From a virus: a stretch of DNA of 64,000 bases. The position numbers were made by a program, and so were the translations under genes. The DNA lies in IMG/VR virus record IMGVR_UViG_3300044638_006409, positions 56,656 to 120,655 of that record; one strand, 5' to 3'. Below, one piece after another: positions 60,586 to 64,000 of this stretch (its first letter is position 1; every line of letters begins with the position of its first letter). The notes below the pieces were generated by a model. That model searched no databases. It was not told the DNA's origin and saw only the letters and a program-made list of their open reading frames with translations.

Positions 60586-61404
60586 ATGAATATACTGAGC
60601 CTTTTCGATGGATTATCTTGTGGTCAAATTGCATTAAATCAGGTTGGAATAAAATATGACAACTATTATGCTTCGGAGATTGACCAGTACGCAATTAAAG
60701 TAACCCAACACAACTACCCCAATACAATTCAACTTGGTGACATTACCAAAATCAAAGGTAGTGACTTACCATCAATCCAACTCTTGTTTGGGGGTAGTCC
60801 CTGTCAAAGTTTTTCATCAGCTGGTAATAGAACAGGATTTGATGGAAAGAGTGGATTGTTTTGGGAATATGTTAGAATATTGAATGAAGTTAAACCCAAA
60901 TATTTTCTATTAGAAAATGTTAAGATGAAAAAGGAATGGGAAGACATCATAACAAAAGAGATGGGAGTTGAACCTATTTCAATCAATAGTAATTTGGTAT
61001 CAGCTCAAAACAGAGAAAGATTATATTGGACAAATATTCCTAATGTAACTCAACCAGAAAATAGAAATATCAAATTGAATGATGTGTTGGGTGATTCAAA
61101 GTTCAGGGAAATACCAAAATGTTTTTATAATAAATGGGGAAACAAACCTAGAATTGATAAGGGTGTGAATTGGGTATGTAATGACAAATCAAATTGTTTG
61201 ACGACCAAAAATTGTCATACCAATCAGTATTTGTTCAATGAGGATAAAAGTTTATGTAGATTATTGACTGCTGATGAGTTTGAGAGATTGCAAACAATAC
61301 CTGAAGGATATACCTCGGTGGTTAATAATACTGAAAGGTATAAGATGATTGGTAATGGTTGGACTGTGGATGTAATTTCTCATATATTTTCTTCATTGAA
61401 ATAA
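60586..61404 (+). CDS. C5-cytosine DNA methyltransferase
   Basis: LSLFDG, GGSPCQ, LLENV, QNRERLYW, RLQT and IGNGW motifs. Confidence 0.92.
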   Translation: MNILSLFDGLSCGQIALNQVGIKYDNYYASEIDQYAIKVTQHNYPNTIQLGDITKIKGSDLPSIQLLFGGSPCQSFSSAGNRTGFDGKSGLFWEYVRILNEVKPKYFLLENVKMKKEWEDIITKEMGVEPISINSNLVSAQNRERLYWTNIPNVTQPENRNIKLNDVLGDSKFREIPKCFYNKWGNKPRIDKGVNWVCNDKSNCLTTKNCHTNQYLFNEDKSLCRLLTADEFERLQTIPEGYTSVVNNTERYKMIGNGWTVDVISHIFSSLK

Positions 61405-61460
61405 TTTTTTTATTCCAATTTCTTTTCTTATCTTTGTTTCAACAAAAAAAACAAGGAGAA

Positions 61461-61706
61461 ATGAACAACACAATCAATCAAACATTGGGGCAAATCTTAA
61501 AAGGGAAAAACAATGGTATCTTTGTTAATCCAAATGGTGAGTATATCAATGTTACAAGATATTATGTTAAGAACACATTAAAGTTCCAAATCATATTCTG
61601 CAAAAATATCTATGATATGGCAACAAAACCTGCTATGAATACAACCAGTGAAAAAAAGGTATTGAAATTGTTGAATACAGAAAATTACGAACTAGTAAAT
61701 CAATAA
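61461..61706 (+). CDS. Hypothetical protein
   Basis: ATG after a TATCTTTG element (61429) and GGAG. Confidence 0.55.
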   Translation: MNNTINQTLGQILKGKNNGIFVNPNGEYINVTRYYVKNTLKFQIIFCKNIYDMATKPAMNTTSEKKVLKLLNTENYELVNQ

Positions 61707-61710
61707 AATT

Positions 61711-61941
61711 ATGAAAGCACACGAAGCTGAAAATTGGACATATCTCCACGCCAAAATGAGAGATGAAGGATTTCATTATTGTTTCAAACATTTCTCAGAT
61801 TTTGAAGAAATAGAGGATGAAGAGTTCCACAAGTTAAGAAATCAATATTTGGAAACCGCTGAACTATTGGAAAAGTATATTCAAAACAAATACTACGAAG
61901 CCAATTGGGAAGTAGAATATGATGATGAAGATGAAGATTGA
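61711..61941 (+). CDS. Hypothetical protein
   Basis: EGFHYCF..FSDF.EI.DEEFHKLR motif. Confidence 0.55.
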   Translation: MKAHEAENWTYLHAKMRDEGFHYCFKHFSDFEEIEDEEFHKLRNQYLETAELLEKYIQNKYYEANWEVEYDDEDED

Positions 61942-62347
61942 AAACAAGAAAACCAGATTTGAATATAACTTCCTTGAAACTTACGAGGCCGGCATTATAT
62001 TAACAGGAATGGAAGTTAAAGGTATTCGTCAGGGAAATGTTAATTTAACCGACACTTATTGTTTTTTTAAGGATAATGATTTGTGGGTTAAAAACATTTT
62101 TATATCTTTGGGTAATGATGATAGCAAAAGGGAACGAAAACTCTTGTTAAAGAAAGTAGAACTCAAAAGGTTAAAGTCAAAGTTAATTAATGGTTTAACA
62201 ATAGTCCCAACCAAAATCTATATCAATGATAGAGGATTTGTCAAAGTCGAAATTGTGTTAGCACAAGGAAAAAAGACATTTGATAAAAGAAATACTATCC
62301 GTGATAGAGATATTGAGAGGGAACTTCAATCAAAATCAAAATGGTAA
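61931..62347 (+). CDS. smpB: SsrA-binding protein SmpB
   Basis: NKK..FEY..LETYEAGI.LTG.EVK.IR, R.RKLLL, GLTIVP and GKK..DKR tail. Confidence 0.9.
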   Translation: MKIENKKTRFEYNFLETYEAGIILTGMEVKGIRQGNVNLTDTYCFFKDNDLWVKNIFISLGNDDSKRERKLLLKKVELKRLKSKLINGLTIVPTKIYINDRGFVKVEIVLAQGKKTFDKRNTIRDRDIERELQSKSKW

Positions 62348-62604
62348 AAAAGGTATTTAACAAAACGACATTCACACAAAAATACGGAGATAGATGTAAT
62401 AGAGGATTGAGTTGGTGTTGCAGAAAAAACCACTTCAACATTGAAATCATTCGTTCAGGTTTATCTTGGTATATCTTAGCTCACCGAACAAAGGATGACG
62501 CATATTGGAACTCATTGTGGATAAAGAAAAGATGGGATGAGTTGGATGATGCGATGGATTTTGTTAGTAAGTTTGATTATGAAAAATTAAAAGCACAATT
62601 ATGA
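62341..62604 (+). CDS. Hypothetical protein
   Basis: Coupled ORF. Confidence 0.5.
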   Translation: MVKKVFNKTTFTQKYGDRCNRGLSWCCRKNHFNIEIIRSGLSWYILAHRTKDDAYWNSLWIKKRWDELDDAMDFVSKFDYEKLKAQL

Positions 62605-62876
62605 ATACAATAAACTATAATGTAAGAATTGAAAACGAAAAGTTTGGTGTATTATTGAACGAGAACTTTGTTGATGGAATACAATTCAAGTTATTCTTGA
62701 AAATGATTAATGGTGCATTAGAACTAAAAACTAATTTGACATTCTTCAACGGAGTTGACTTTATGATTCACATTCCTTATACTAAACTTGTTGATTCGAT
62801 TGTAACAACAAAACTTGATACTTATGGAATGAGTGAGATTGTTAAATCAAAGATTGAAGCTCTCGTCACAAAATAA
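62601..62876 (+). CDS. Hypothetical protein
   Basis: Coupled ORF. Confidence 0.55.
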   Translation: MNTINYNVRIENEKFGVLLNENFVDGIQFKLFLKMINGALELKTNLTFFNGVDFMIHIPYTKLVDSIVTTKLDTYGMSEIVKSKIEALVTK

Positions 62877-62897
62877 AATGTTTAAACCAAATCAAAA

Positions 62898-63026
62898 ATG
62901 AGATTATTGTTATTCGGACTATGTTTGACTTTTATGGTTGCTTGTTGTCCTGCTAAGAAAACTTGTTGTCAAAAAACTGAGAAAACTTGTCACAAAGTAG
63001 AAACTGATAGTTGTAGCCACAAGTAG
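62898..63026 (+). CDS. 42-aa Cys-rich lipoprotein candidate (missing from the ORF track)
   Basis: MRLLLFGLCLTFMVAC-CPAKKTCCQKTEKTCHKVETDSCSHK. Confidence 0.6.
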   Translation: MRLLLFGLCLTFMVACCPAKKTCCQKTEKTCHKVETDSCSHK

Positions 63027-63072
63027 TTTCCTTGTTTAGAAAAATAAGGTGGTGGAGTCCTTAATCGGTCCT

Positions 63073-63100
63073 AAAGGAGATAGAGATATCTCCTTTTTTT
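63073..63100 (+). terminator. Intrinsic terminator
   Basis: AAAGGAGATA-GAGA-TATCTCCTTT plus T-run. Confidence 0.75.
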
Positions 63101-63131
63101 ATTTTATTGATATATTTATAAATAAAAAAAT

Positions 63132-63578
63132 ATGGAAAATAAAATTAAAAAAACTGTAATGGAAGAGGCCAAGAAAAGAGGTTTAATGGTTGAACAAGAA
63201 GAAAAGAATAGTGATAAAGATTTTGTTGAAATGATTTCAATATTAATGCACTCACAAACACAAGCTCACACATATCATCTACAATCGACATCATATGCAG
63301 AACACAAAGCATTACAAAAATATTACGAAGGAATTGATGTTTTGGTTGATACAATAGTTGAGGCATACCAGGGAAAATATGGTATTGTAAAAGGTTATAA
63401 GAACTTCCCCTTCAACGAGTACAAAGGTAATGAAAATACAATCGGTTATTTTGAGAAACTTTGTGATAAGGTAACAGAATTAAGAGATTGTTGTAAAGAT
63501 AGTTGGTTACAGAATGAAATTGATAATGTTTGTACACTAATCAGTTCCACCCTTTACAAGTTAAAGTTCCTGAAATAA
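63132..63578 (+). CDS. Ferritin/Dps-like four-helix protein (DUF5856-like)
   Basis: QAHTYHLQ.TSYAEHKAL..YY...D...E.YQG and LQN.ID...TLYKL motifs. Confidence 0.75.
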   Translation: MENKIKKTVMEEAKKRGLMVEQEEKNSDKDFVEMISILMHSQTQAHTYHLQSTSYAEHKALQKYYEGIDVLVDTIVEAYQGKYGIVKGYKNFPFNEYKGNENTIGYFEKLCDKVTELRDCCKDSWLQNEIDNVCTLISSTLYKLKFLK

Positions 63579-63631
63579 TTTCCAAATTAAATAATTCTTT
63601 TTATATTTGTGGTTAATCAAATTATCACGAT

Positions 63632-64000
63632 ATGAAAAGAATTATTTTTTTTATTCCCCTCCTTTTATTTATTCCATATCTAAAACCTAAAAAAGTTGTT
63701 GAAAAGAAGTTAACACCAACTGAACAATACATTGATAGGTTCAAAAAAGTTGCGATTTACGAACACAAGAAGTTTGGTATTCCCGCATCTGTTACTCTGG
63801 CTCAGGGTATATTGGAATCAAGGAGTGGTCAATCTGACCTAACCAAGAAAACCAACAATCATTTTGGTATTAAGTGTTTTAGTGGATGTAACTATAAGAA
63901 CTCCAAAAGATTTACCGATGATAAACCAACTGATAGGTTTAAAGTTTATGAAAGTAATTGGTTTAGTTTTCGAGACCACTCACAATTTTTGATGGGTAAA
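63632..64000 (+). CDS. Glucosaminidase (GH73/FlgJ-like) peptidoglycan hydrolase, 3'-truncated by the window edge
   Basis: Hand-translated: N-terminal TM segment, then FGIPASVTLAQGILES.SG.S.L....NNHFGIKC. TATATTTG element at 63602. Confidence 0.85.
   Translation, partial: MKRIIFFIPLLLFIPYLKPKKVVEKKLTPTEQYIDRFKKVAIYEHKKFGIPASVTLAQGILESRSGQSDLTKKTNNHFGIKCFSGCNYKNSKRFTDDKPTDRFKVYESNWFSFRDHSQFLMGK

Noticed and set aside
63040-63080. SAM-I-like riboswitch suggested by AAGGTGGTGGAG
   Set aside because: Only a short resemblance. The conserved core pairings could not be built.
61900-63130. tmRNA or tRNA genes near smpB
   Set aside because: No tRNA-like acceptor stem or T-loop (GTTCGA...CCA) was found by eye, and intergenic gaps are too short for tmRNA.
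1-64000. Genome-wide TGA (or TAG) reassignment as the explanation for the internal stop at 57300
   Set aside because: Long ORFs are intact in the standard code, Trp is encoded by TGG, and TGA is a real stop in ATGA overlaps (e.g. 17362-17365, 20366-20369, 27275-27278). Reading TGA as sense would also leave two extra residues in the DxD motif.

Overview
AT-rich, gene-dense 64 kb segment of a large tailed (jumbo-type) phage genome, read in the standard bacterial code. Several TTTG-N19/20-TAnnTTTG promoters and host-like genes (RpoD-like sigma, Hc1, SprB-like repeats, SmpB) point to a Bacteroidota host. The window holds: Cys-rich baseplate/tail genes (1-16.4 kb); RuvC-like resolvase, primase, exonuclease and SbcD/SbcC; a convergent methyltransferase-endonuclease pair; a sigma factor; lysis genes; probable head-packaged proteins sharing an N-terminal leader; DnaJ, thioredoxin and glutaredoxin; six DNA methyltransferases; ThyA; SmpB; and a glucosaminidase. 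Most notable is a DHH phosphoesterase gene (57192-58700) directly downstream of a free-standing HNH endonuclease. Its catalytic HQDLDG motif is interrupted by a 6-nt insertion giving CTT-TGA-CTG (Leu-stop-Leu). This sits at the 3' end of a roughly 90-nt base-paired RNA structure, and a look-alike of the uninterrupted site lies just upstream of the HNH promoter. I interpret this as a candidate homing-endonuclease plus minimal ribosomal stop-hop (bypass) cassette. All product calls come from motif recognition by eye; no database searches were run.
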